From an uncultured Candidatus Izemoplasmatales bacterium (GTDB lineage: Bacteria > Bacillota_I > Bacilli_A > Izemoplasmatales > Hujiaoplasmataceae), in NCBI GenBank assembly GCA_964483655.1, contig CAZABW010000003.1, positions 12,252-76,251 of the forward strand: a stretch of 64,000 nucleotides of DNA, in the 5' to 3' direction. Both the position numbers and the translations under genes were made by a program. This document shows positions 8,315-16,787 of the stretch, piece after piece (the stretch's first letter is position 1; every line of letters begins with the position of its first letter). Under the pieces are notes generated by a model. It did not search any database and was not told where the DNA came from. It saw nothing but the letters and a program-made list of their open reading frames with translations.

Positions 8315-11095
8315 TTATAGTGTATCGCAACTCAATTTCAAATAACCTTCGATAAATTTCTGAACGAGCTTTTGATCAAACTGGGTTCCTGCACAACGTT
8401 TTAACTCTTTGGCGGCTTCCAGCGTCGTCAATTGCTTGGCATAGGGGCGCTCGGACGTCATGGCTTCATACGCGTCTGCTATTGCAATAATGCGAGCTCG
8501 TAAGGGAATTTTGTTTCCTTTTAAGCCTTTTGGATAGCCCGTTCCATCGATCCGTTCATGATGCGATAAGATATCCTCTGCGATTTCCATGTATTCAACT
8601 GTCGCAGCTAAAATCCGATATCCGGTTTCTGGATGTTTTTTAATTTCATGCCATTCAGAATCTGTTAAGGGCTCTGCTTTATTAAGGATTTGCTCATCAA
8701 TTGCAATCTTTCCAATATCGTGTAAGTTGCCCATCAACCGTAGTAGATTCAGTTCATCTTTCCGCATATTGAGGAGTTGACCCAGCGCGACTGCGTGATT
8801 GGCTACTTGCTTGGAATGAATCTCTTCTCTTGGGCTTTTTAAATATAATGTGGAGATAATCGCTTTCACAGTCTCAGAACGTTTACTAGAAAGTTCGTAT
8901 AACTTCTTATTGTACATGTCGATTTCCGCATGTTTGATGGTATCTTCAATATCCTTCGTGTCATAGCAAGTGGATACCCCGAATGAAACGGAAATCGTAA
9001 TGCCATTGAGAACCATTTTTTCTAACTCGAGGTTCATTCGATCAATCAATTGATTGGATTCTTCGGTGGTGGTTTTTGGAAGGATAAGAACAAACTCATC
9101 CCCACCAATCCGAGCGACGATATCTTGTTCACGTTGGAACTTGTTAAACAAATCCCGAACACGAAGAAGAAGCTGATCACCCGCACCATGGCCAAAGGCA
9201 TCGTTGGTAAACTTCAATCCATTGATGTCTGCCATAATAATGGAAAGCGGCATGTTTTTTACTTGGCGTAAATTCCAAATGCTTTGATCATAGAAGCGCC
9301 GATTATATAAGCCAGTTAAGGGGTCATGATAGGATAAAAACAAGATTTCTTCATCTTTTTTCTTGCGATCGGTGATATCAATGACCACATTCATTAAAAT
9401 CCGCTTATTCGTTTCTGATTTACCAATCACTGCAGAGTAGACATCACAAATAAGGGTCTCTTTATTTTTCTTCAGGATGTTAAACTCGCCAGCATAGCGA
9501 CGATGTTCTTGTTTGAATGAAGTTTCTAATTGTTCTTGGAAATCATCGGGTATCGCCCCAAAGGCGTGTAACCACCAGTCTTCTATCCGTCTTAATTCAT
9601 TGGATGTATATCCCAGTAATTGTTGAAAACGATTATTGATTTGGATGATACTTCCATCCTCATCGGTCATCATTATCGCGATAGGAGCTTCATTGACGGC
9701 ATTTCGAAGTCGGGTTTCACTGGCTTCTAGGCGTTGAAGGGATTCGATTCGTTCGGTGATGTCTGTGATAATAGCCGCGCACTGATTCGGTTTGGGAGAG
9801 TAGAAGGAGTAATGTAAATGACGTTTGGCGACTTGAGAGTAGGCTTCAAACTCCATCGGGCTACCCGTTAGAGCAACGACCGCTAAGGTATCTTTCCATT
9901 TATTATCACTAGTAGGAAACACCTCTTCGCGTGTCTTTCCAATCACATCTTCTAATTTTAAATGAAAGGTTTCTAAGAAAGCATCATTGACGGATAAGAA
10001 ACGAAAACTAATGGGGTTATTTGAATGATCTAAAATCAACTCATGTAAAGCAAGAGATTGTTTCATCCGAGAGATGAGTAAACGATAATCTTCTTCCTTT
10101 TCAAGTAACATTGTCTCCAACACTTTTTGTTGGGTTATTTCTGTCGCGACTACGGCTAATCCGATTATTTTGTTCTGGTCATCAAAAACGGGGCCATAGT
10201 TGTTTTTATAGTAAAGCATCGTTCCATCGACTTCAAATTGACGGAAAATGGTAAATGCTTCACCGCTTAACGCACGATCGTATAATGATTTTGTTTCACT
10301 ACGATCTTCGATATCTTTGATTTGATCTAACAAATTCATTCCAGGATAAACATCGACCAAATCATGTTTGCTCATGAAATCATGATGGTACTTATTAAAG
10401 AAAAGATACTCATATTTCATATTTAAAGCAAAGATAGACGTTTGCTCAGGAGCATCTAATGAGGCTTTCATGAGACTTTGTAAGGTTTTCATTGTCGAAT
10501 CCGCATTGATTCGCTTGAACTGGTTATTCATCGAAATGGAAAGTAATACAGTCAAAATCGGATAAAGCAATAGGACAGGTAAAATAATCCTTGGGACATT
10601 CGTAATCCAGGTACTATAGGGTAGTAAAAATTGGGAAACAATCATAAATATTGATGCGAGAACACCAAGTAAATAATAATAAAGGATGTTGCTCATTTTA
10701 TGAATTTTTTTCCGCAATACTCGCATCGCAATGCCGGCAAGAAGAGCTGTAAAAATGGATGAAATTCCTGCAAATCGTCCGACTCCTCCAATAAAGAAGT
10801 AGCGGTAAACGCTTGCGACTACTGCCGTCGAAATTGCTGTTTCCACAGGGAAGAAAAAGGCGACGACACTGACTAAAACAGTACGTGTATCATAGATTAA
10901 TCCATCCCCAAAATTGAGCGCATTATAGATTATCACAATGACGAAACCACCAAGAAGAAGACCAATAAGAATTTTCTTGACAATGTGCTCTTGTTTAGGA
11001 TTGATGTTTAATGTTGAGATTAAGAACGAACTGGCAAACAATAATAATGCATTGGCCAGTAATTGAACAAAAACTCGAACAAAATCAGGATTCAT
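8315..11095 (-). CDS. membrane sensor: multi-TM N-terminal domain, PAS repeats, GGDEF diguanylate cyclase and HD-GYP phosphodiesterase
   Basis: 926 aa. The N-terminal ~190 aa are hydrophobic (LytS-type 5TM-receptor-like). Contains an intact RIGGDEF with an RxxD I-site (REQD) five residues upstream, plus HDIGK and HHERIDGTGYP (HD-GYP). Confidence 0.85.
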   Translation of the reverse strand: MNPDFVRVFVQLLANALLLFASSFLISTLNINPKQEHIVKKILIGLLLGGFVIVIIYNALNFGDGLIYDTRTVLVSVVAFFFPVETAISTAVVASVYRYFFIGGVGRFAGISSIFTALLAGIAMRVLRKKIHKMSNILYYYLLGVLASIFMIVSQFLLPYSTWITNVPRIILPVLLLYPILTVLLSISMNNQFKRINADSTMKTLQSLMKASLDAPEQTSIFALNMKYEYLFFNKYHHDFMSKHDLVDVYPGMNLLDQIKDIEDRSETKSLYDRALSGEAFTIFRQFEVDGTMLYYKNNYGPVFDDQNKIIGLAVVATEITQQKVLETMLLEKEEDYRLLISRMKQSLALHELILDHSNNPISFRFLSVNDAFLETFHLKLEDVIGKTREEVFPTSDNKWKDTLAVVALTGSPMEFEAYSQVAKRHLHYSFYSPKPNQCAAIITDITERIESLQRLEASETRLRNAVNEAPIAIMMTDEDGSIIQINNRFQQLLGYTSNELRRIEDWWLHAFGAIPDDFQEQLETSFKQEHRRYAGEFNILKKNKETLICDVYSAVIGKSETNKRILMNVVIDITDRKKKDEEILFLSYHDPLTGLYNRRFYDQSIWNLRQVKNMPLSIIMADINGLKFTNDAFGHGAGDQLLLRVRDLFNKFQREQDIVARIGGDEFVLILPKTTTEESNQLIDRMNLELEKMVLNGITISVSFGVSTCYDTKDIEDTIKHAEIDMYNKKLYELSSKRSETVKAIISTLYLKSPREEIHSKQVANHAVALGQLLNMRKDELNLLRLMGNLHDIGKIAIDEQILNKAEPLTDSEWHEIKKHPETGYRILAATVEYMEIAEDILSHHERIDGTGYPKGLKGNKIPLRARIIAIADAYEAMTSERPYAKQLTTLEAAKELKRCAGTQFDQKLVQKFIEGYLKLSCDTL

Positions 11096-11251
11096 ATATT
11101 CACCCCCTCGTTTCTACAGAATTATTCTCTATTATATCAAAAAGATGAATTCAAATCGAGGTTTCCAAGGAAATCATTGAAAATGTTTCTGATTCATCTC
11201 ACCCTTTTCTTCTCCTATGATATGATAATGGTAACAAAAGGAGGGATTCTA

Positions 11252-12499
11252 ATGATCCAAGCATTGGTTTATGGAATGTTAGGTGTTGCATTCCTATACG
11301 AAACGATTTTAGCTTATTTAACATACCGCAATCGCCATCAACCCTTATCCCCTTTGGTTCAAGATATTTATGAGCCTGAGCGGTATAAAAAGTGGTATTC
11401 CTATTTAATGGATACTTTAAAATTTCAAATGGTTCAACGAACCTTACGGTATGGATGGATGCTTCTGTTACTTCTTTTAGGTGTCTTCCCACTGCTTTTT
11501 CAAGGTTTATCAACCCTTGGAGTTGTTCTTGATGTTCAAAATCTACTGTTTTTAGGAATCTATTATTTCTTGGTTTCCTGGTTAGATTGGGGGCTTGATT
11601 ATTATCGGCAATTTGTGATAGAAAAACGATATGGGTTTCATAAAGCCACCCATAAAACCTTCTTCCTGGATAAAGTAAAAGCCACCCTATTGATTTTTAT
11701 CCTCGGGGGTTTATTATCATGGGGAATTATGCGACTTTTAGCAGTGACCAACAATCCGTGGATCCTCATCCTTGTCGTTTGGGGGATTGGGATGATATTA
11801 CAAGTGGTCATCAATCTGCTTTATACCACCGTATTCGTACGAATCTTTAATAAATTAACACCTTTACAAGAAGGATCTTTAAAAGAGAAAATCGAAGCTG
11901 TTGCAGCTCAAACAAACGTTCAAATCAAATCGATTTCGATAATGGATGCATCGCGAAGGAGTGGCAAATTAAATGCCTTTTTCTCGGGCTTTGGCAAGCA
12001 TAAACATGTTGTTTTATTTGACACCCTCGTTGCGACGATGACGGAAGATGAAATCGTGAGTGTCCTAGCCCATGAAATTGGTCATGGGAAGTACAAGCAT
12101 GTGTTTAAAAACATGATTATCTCCGCTGTGATGATGTTGCTATATCTAAGTTTCTTCCTTTATTTAGTCACAAACCCCATCTTTTCTACCGCTTTTGGAT
12201 TTGATGCCACGACCTTTGGATTCGGCATTGTATTATTTAGTATCCTTGTATCTCCCTTTGATTCGCTCTTACAAATTCCTCTTTCGATGCTCAGTCGAAA
12301 ATTCGAATATCAAGCAGATGGTTATGCTGTCTTGATGGGTTATGGAGAAGCGATGCAAGCCGCTTTAAAACAGCTTGCTAAGGCGAATCTCTCCAATTTA
12401 ACCCCCCACCCCATTGTCGTGTCCTTAACATACTCGCATCCCCCGATTCATAATCGGGTTGTAGCGATTCAAGAAAAACTACGGCATATCCAACCATGA
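11252..12499 (+). CDS. M48-family (Ste24/HtpX-like) integral membrane zinc metalloprotease
   Basis: HEIGH zinc motif in a multi-TM protein of Ste24-like length. ATG at 11252 follows aaaggaggg; the tracked start at 11063 overlaps the divergent gene. Confidence 0.75.
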   Translation: MIQALVYGMLGVAFLYETILAYLTYRNRHQPLSPLVQDIYEPERYKKWYSYLMDTLKFQMVQRTLRYGWMLLLLLLGVFPLLFQGLSTLGVVLDVQNLLFLGIYYFLVSWLDWGLDYYRQFVIEKRYGFHKATHKTFFLDKVKATLLIFILGGLLSWGIMRLLAVTNNPWILILVVWGIGMILQVVINLLYTTVFVRIFNKLTPLQEGSLKEKIEAVAAQTNVQIKSISIMDASRRSGKLNAFFSGFGKHKHVVLFDTLVATMTEDEIVSVLAHEIGHGKYKHVFKNMIISAVMMLLYLSFFLYLVTNPIFSTAFGFDATTFGFGIVLFSILVSPFDSLLQIPLSMLSRKFEYQADGYAVLMGYGEAMQAALKQLAKANLSNLTPHPIVVSLTYSHPPIHNRVVAIQEKLRHIQP

Positions 12500-13293
12500 A
12501 AATTGCTATTTTATACTTTTCCGGAACGGGAAATACGTATTATGTCGCCAAAGAGTTTGAGAATCAGTTCCAACAACTCGGATTTCAGTGCGATTTGTTT
12601 CGCTTGGAGGATGGTAATCTCACTTCTGAAACCATTTCAACCTATGATTTGATTGGTTTTGGTGCTCCTGTTTATGGTTCCTCTTTTCCCCATATCGTGA
12701 AAACAAAAATCAAATCTCTTCAAGGACATCAAAGTTGTTTCACCTTTGTAACCCAGATGATGTTTTCCGGTGATGGTGCAGCATATCTTGGAAGACTGAT
12801 CCAAAAGCAAGGATTTCAAAGTCGGTACCAAATTCACATCAATATGCCCAATAATATTACCGATATTAGTTGGCTCACCCGGAAACATCCCCCCTATGAA
12901 GTCATCGCGAAACGCGTCCACCGAAAAGTTGCCTTTCTCATTCACCGCATTCAAACCAATCGACCCTATCGATTGGGATCAAATCCGTTTTCGTTGATGT
13001 TAGGGTTACTTCAACGGTTCCCTTATGAGCATTTTGATCAGCAATCGATGGCTAATCTCATCAAAATTGATGCGAAAAGCTGTATCCAGTGCATGCGTTG
13101 TATTGAACTGTGTCCCGTTCATAACCTCGATTTTGAAGAAAATCAAGTGATGACCAGAGGACATTGTGAAGTCTGTTATCGTTGCTTAAATCATTGTCCA
13201 ACCAAAGCAATCCGAATTGTAGGCAGAAAAGCCCCAAAGCACCCCTATCACGGTCCAACTGCAAACTTTCAAATAGACAATTTAAAAAAATAA
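12496..13293 (+). CDS. flavodoxin-like domain fused to a 2x[4Fe-4S] ferredoxin domain (EFR1-type)
   Basis: N-terminal MKIAILYFSGTGNT (flavodoxin FMN loop). C-terminal CIQCMRCIELCP and CEVCYRCLNHCP cluster motifs. ATGA overlap with the M48 gene. Confidence 0.7.
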   Translation: MKIAILYFSGTGNTYYVAKEFENQFQQLGFQCDLFRLEDGNLTSETISTYDLIGFGAPVYGSSFPHIVKTKIKSLQGHQSCFTFVTQMMFSGDGAAYLGRLIQKQGFQSRYQIHINMPNNITDISWLTRKHPPYEVIAKRVHRKVAFLIHRIQTNRPYRLGSNPFSLMLGLLQRFPYEHFDQQSMANLIKIDAKSCIQCMRCIELCPVHNLDFEENQVMTRGHCEVCYRCLNHCPTKAIRIVGRKAPKHPYHGPTANFQIDNLKK

Positions 13294-13314
13294 AAAAAAT
13301 TGAAAAATAGGTAT

Positions 13315-13360
13315 TGTGTTTTACACAGTAGTATGATATCTTAGTATTGTGCATTGCACA
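13315..13360 (+). promoter_or_regulatory. two 13-nt TGTG-N5-CACA palindromes (candidate PadR operators) overlapping a putative promoter
   Basis: TGTGTTTTACACA (13315-13327) and TGTGCATTGCACA (13348-13360), centres 33 nt apart. They bracket a possible -35 TTTACA and -10 TAGTAT, immediately upstream of the padR RBS. Confidence 0.45.
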
Positions 13361-13376
13361 GTAAGGAGGTGCTACT

Positions 13377-13688
13377 GTGAATTCTCAATTCAAAAAAGGA
13401 ATCATTGAATTATGCGTCATTGCTGTGATTGCGAAAAAAGACATGTACGGATATGAAGTCATCGATACCATTTCATCGGTGTTGGATGTGAATGAAAATA
13501 CCATCTATCCAATCTTACGTCGATTAACCGAACAAGATCTACTCGAGAATTACATAGTCACAACCGCCATTGGCGCGCCAAGAAAGTATTATCGATTAAC
13601 TCCAAAGGGCATCAAACGTTTCGAAGAACTTCGTCAAGAATGGGTTTCATTCTTAGGTGGGGTCGTTCAATTAATAGGGGGTGTATAA
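13377..13688 (+). CDS. PadR-family transcriptional regulator
   Basis: 103 aa winged-helix protein with MYGYEV...ENTIYPILRRL and the C-terminal helix typical of short PadR proteins. GTG start after taaggaggt. Confidence 0.85.
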   Translation: MNSQFKKGIIELCVIAVIAKKDMYGYEVIDTISSVLDVNENTIYPILRRLTEQDLLENYIVTTAIGAPRKYYRLTPKGIKRFEELRQEWVSFLGGVVQLIGGV

Positions 13689-13690
13689 CC

Positions 13691-14788
13691 ATGAAACGAA
13701 TTTTTTTAGAACAATTAGAGGAATTATTATACGAACGTGATTTTACCAACAAAGAAATTAAAGACATCTTAAGTGATTACTCACAAATGATTGATGATGC
13801 CATTGAAAGTGGCAAAACGGAATCAGAAGCGATTGCTAAATTAGGACAACCAAAATACATCGTCCAAGCGCTCGTAGAAGAAAAAAAAGCAACGATTGGT
13901 CCGAAGAAAAAAAGCAAAAATAAAGTGGTTGCGTTAATGCCCTTCATCGCCATTATCTTGTTCTTTGGAATTGGCTTTGGATTGCAAATTTGGCATCCGA
14001 CGTGGCTTGTGTTCTTTTTAATCCCGATGAGTGCGATTGTCTCAGACGCGATAACAAACAAGAAGAACAAGTACTGGTTTACGTCCCTAACTCCCTTTCT
14101 CGCGGTTACCGGATTTCTAGTATTAGGATTTTACTACCGTGCGTGGCATCCAGGATGGTTAATTTTCTTTTTAATCCCTGTTTCAGGGATTTTAGAGCAT
14201 CGTCATCGGAATCTCTTGCATATGCTTACCGCATTATCACCGTTTCTAGCAATCACTGCATTTTTCATCCTTGGAGAATTTGGATTATGGAATCCCGGAT
14301 GGTTAGTCTTCTTGTTGATTCCGATGTTAGGATTACTGAATAAACCCAATAAATCACATGTTTGGGTCGGCGAACTAGCATTCCTGATTGCGATTGGTCT
14401 GTACTTATATATTGGTTATACCTACCAAGCGTTTATGATTGCTTCTGCAGCTTTCTTGATTCCGGTTATTTATCTTGTTCTAGTAGGAGATATAAAAATT
14501 TCCCTATTCAAGGGTGGCTGGGTGGAGAAAATCACCTTTATCGTTGCTTTAATCGTGTATATCGGAATAGGATTATGGACTCAAACTACTTGGCCTTGGT
14601 TGTGGGTTGTCTTCCTAAGCGTTCCTGTTGTTGCGATTCTGAAAGGCGATTCCAAGCAAAAACTAGTAGCGATTTCACCCTTTATCGCCTTAACAATCTT
14701 CATTGTAGTTGGTTTCTTTTTCCAAGCATTCCATATATCATGGCTCGCATTCCTGCTAATTCCCATGATTTCCATCATCAAACAGTAA
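13691..14788 (+). CDS. DUF1700-like N-terminal domain fused to a repetitive polytopic membrane domain
   Basis: The N-terminus (FLEQLEELL...KEIKDILSDYSQMIDDAIESGKTE) resembles the PadR-associated DUF1700 family, followed by ~6 repeats of a TM-hairpin unit. ATG at 13691 lies 2 nt after the padR stop. Confidence 0.6.
   Translation: MKRIFLEQLEELLYERDFTNKEIKDILSDYSQMIDDAIESGKTESEAIAKLGQPKYIVQALVEEKKATIGPKKKSKNKVVALMPFIAIILFFGIGFGLQIWHPTWLVFFLIPMSAIVSDAITNKKNKYWFTSLTPFLAVTGFLVLGFYYRAWHPGWLIFFLIPVSGILEHRHRNLLHMLTALSPFLAITAFFILGEFGLWNPGWLVFLLIPMLGLLNKPNKSHVWVGELAFLIAIGLYLYIGYTYQAFMIASAAFLIPVIYLVLVGDIKISLFKGGWVEKITFIVALIVYIGIGLWTQTTWPWLWVVFLSVPVVAILKGDSKQKLVAISPFIALTIFIVVGFFFQAFHISWLAFLLIPMISIIKQ
13940..14785 (+). 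repeat. intragenic tandem repeats (~40-45 codons each) encoding W(H/N)PGWL(I/V)F(F/L)LIP hairpin units
   Basis: The DNA-level motif tggcatcc/tggaatcc...ttaatccc/ttgattcc recurs at ~13991, 14144 and 14288. Degenerate copies encode TWPWLWVVFLSVP and FHISWLAFLLIP further on. Confidence 0.7.
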
Positions 14789-14813
14789 AGAGGAAGTTTC
14801 TTCCTCTTTTTTT
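14788..14813 (+). terminator. intrinsic terminator
   Basis: AAGAGGAAG-ttt-CTTCCTCTT followed by a T-run. Confidence 0.8.
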
Positions 14814-14866
14814 CACCCTTAAGCGAGTGATTTAAGGAAATATCGAAGTGATTTTCGATCGCCCCT

Positions 14867-14895
14867 TTGAAATAATTGCAGCGGGATGCTACAAT
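14867..14895 (+). promoter_or_regulatory. near-consensus sigma-A promoter of the purine operon
   Basis: TTGAAA (14867-14872), 17-nt spacer, TGc-TACAAT (14887-14895). Confidence 0.6.
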
Positions 14896-14965
14896 AAGAA
14901 CAAATAAGTAGCTAAGACATCACGAATGACACGCCTCAAGAAGCCTTTTTCTAAGTCGAGGTCGT

Positions 14966-15538
14966 ATGATTACAGCCGTCATTCTCGCCGGAGGGAAATC
15001 CACCCGTACCGGTCGCAACAAACTCTTACTACCCCTTCATCATCAGTCTATTCTTCGTCATGCGATTCAATCCATGACGTCATTTGTCGATTCCATCGTG
15101 GTTGTCAGTGGTTTTTACGACCAAGAGATTCGTCAAGAATGCCAAGGCATCGACCGTGTGAAGGTTGTTTATAATCCAAACTATGAGCAAGGCATGTTCT
15201 TATCCGTTCGTCAAGGACTCACCCACAGTGAAGGGGATGTCTTCCTTCTGCCAGGGGATTGTCCCTTGGTACACCCAACTACCATCGAAGCTTTATTACA
15301 AGCGTCAGGTGAGTTACGTGTGCCAATGTATGCGAATCGGTATGGACATCCGCTTTTTTTATCTCAAAAAATGGTCAAGCTCTGTTTGCAAGAACCGCTT
15401 GACTCCAATCTACGAGCATTTCGAAACAAACACCAAGTGGAAACCGTTTCTGTCCTTGATGAACATGTTCTCGATGATATCGATACATTGGAAGAATATT
15501 TACAAATACAAGGGTCAACCTTGGAGGAGGTCGTATGA
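14966..15538 (+). CDS. mocA: MobA/MocA-like molybdenum cofactor nucleotidyltransferase (cytidylyltransferase type)
   Basis: N-terminal AVILAGGKSTRTGRNKLLLP nucleotide-binding loop, 190 aa, first gene of an XDH-family operon. Confidence 0.75.
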   Translation: MITAVILAGGKSTRTGRNKLLLPLHHQSILRHAIQSMTSFVDSIVVVSGFYDQEIRQECQGIDRVKVVYNPNYEQGMFLSVRQGLTHSEGDVFLLPGDCPLVHPTTIEALLQASGELRVPMYANRYGHPLFLSQKMVKLCLQEPLDSNLRAFRNKHQVETVSVLDEHVLDDIDTLEEYLQIQGSTLEEVV

Positions 15539-16335
15539 TTATTCAGGAATGGATTCGTCCAAAACACGTCGCAGAAGCGTATGAAGCATTCACCAAAGAG
15601 GACCGAAAAGCGGTTTTGTTTGGGGGAGGTGCGTGGTTAAAACTAACCCATAAACAGATTGATCTTGCCATTGACTTGCAAGATTGTGTAAAAAGCGAGA
15701 TTGAAGTAAAAGAGCACATGATTTCCATGGGAGCGATGACGCCGCTTGAGGGAATCACGACGCATCCCTACTTGAATGAGTTAGCCTCAGGAATCCTGCC
15801 CCAAGCCTGTAAGGTGGTGATGGGCCCATCGCTTCGAAATGTCGCAACGATTGGCGGGACCATTATGGGGAAATATGGTTTTTCGGATGTGATCCCCGTA
15901 CTACTAGCTTTCGATGCTATTTTGCAATTCCATAAACATGGCAATGTTTGGTTGCGTGAGTTTTTAGAAAGCGGCTTGGATAGCAAAGATATCCTCACTC
16001 ATGTGTTGATTCCGAAAGATTCCGCTATTGGGTATTTTCATTCTATGAAAAAAACGGCACTTGATTTTTCTATTCTCAACATAGCGATTTATAAAACCCC
16101 CCAAATGGATAAAATTGCGATTGGGGCGAGACCTCAAATCGCGATTCGTGCCTATCAAGCAGAGAATTTGTTAAATGAAGCCGACGTCATCGATGAAGCC
16201 TTCTTACAAGAGGTTGTCCAACAAATCATTCTCGAGTGCAAGGTCGGAGGCAATCAAGCAGCATCACAAGAATACCGAACGCAACTATTACAAACCCTTG
16301 CGATGCGAGGATTGAAGGAGGTTTATCATTTATGA
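15535..16335 (+). CDS. FAD-binding subunit of a molybdenum hydroxylase, YgfM-like
   Basis: 266 aa. The N-terminus and the motifs AVLFGGGAWL, MGAMTPL and RNVATIGGTI resemble my recollection of E. coli YgfM rather than canonical XdhB (AGGTD). Confidence 0.65.
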   Translation: MIIQEWIRPKHVAEAYEAFTKEDRKAVLFGGGAWLKLTHKQIDLAIDLQDCVKSEIEVKEHMISMGAMTPLEGITTHPYLNELASGILPQACKVVMGPSLRNVATIGGTIMGKYGFSDVIPVLLAFDAILQFHKHGNVWLREFLESGLDSKDILTHVLIPKDSAIGYFHSMKKTALDFSILNIAIYKTPQMDKIAIGARPQIAIRAYQAENLLNEADVIDEAFLQEVVQQIILECKVGGNQAASQEYRTQLLQTLAMRGLKEVYHL

Positions 16336-16787
16336 GTGTATCCTTTTGGTTGAATCAACGATTGGTTTCCCTCAATCCCGAACCGGGGGAAGTCTTATTA
16401 GATACCTTACGTACGCTAGGTCTTAAAAGTGTTCGCCGTGGGTGTGATCAAATTAGCTGTGGGGTTTGTACAGTCTTGCTCGAAGGAAACATGGTCCCTT
16501 CTTGTTCGGTACTGACTGTTCGAATCGCCAATCAACATGTCACGACTGTTGAAGGGATTGAAACAGAAGCGAAAAAGATTGCGAGTTATTTTGGTTCTGA
16601 AGGAGCCGATCAATGCGGATTTTGTAATCCAGCTTTAGCATTAGCTGTCTATTCTTTAAAACAAAGAAATCCCCAGGCATCTTTAGATGAGATTAAAGAG
16701 TACCTGGTTGGAAATTTATGTCGTTGTACGGGATATCAATCACAACATATCGCAATTCAACGATACTTACAGGAGGAGACGCTATGA
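16332..16787 (+). CDS. [2Fe-2S]-binding small subunit of a molybdenum hydroxylase
   Basis: RRGCDQISCGVCTV (plant-type cluster) and CGFCNP...CRCTGY (second cluster). ATGA overlaps on both sides. Confidence 0.85.
   Translation: MSVSFWLNQRLVSLNPEPGEVLLDTLRTLGLKSVRRGCDQISCGVCTVLLEGNMVPSCSVLTVRIANQHVTTVEGIETEAKKIASYFGSEGADQCGFCNPALALAVYSLKQRNPQASLDEIKEYLVGNLCRCTGYQSQHIAIQRYLQEETL

Noticed and set aside
11063-11251. Long N-terminal extensions offered by the ORF track: 11063 for the M48 protease, and likewise 2914, 3972, 13640, 16236, 16718, 23580, 33569, 42239, 45954, 49230, 52816, 56938, 58475 and 59255.
   Set aside because: In each case an internal ATG lies just after a good RBS and right at or after the upstream stop (often an ATGA overlap). 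It yields the N-terminus expected for the family. The extensions would overlap upstream genes, terminators or divergent promoters.
13990-14835. Two alternative-frame ORFs (117 and 157 aa) within the repetitive membrane protein gene.
   Set aside because: Their Cys/Arg/Ser-rich products lack starts with an RBS. They are explained by the periodic repeat structure of the real frame.
14814-14965. Possible Moco or purine riboswitch in the leader of the purine operon.
   Set aside because: After the promoter only ~65 nt of leader remain. I could not find the conserved cores of either the purine or the Moco aptamer, and no leader terminator is present.
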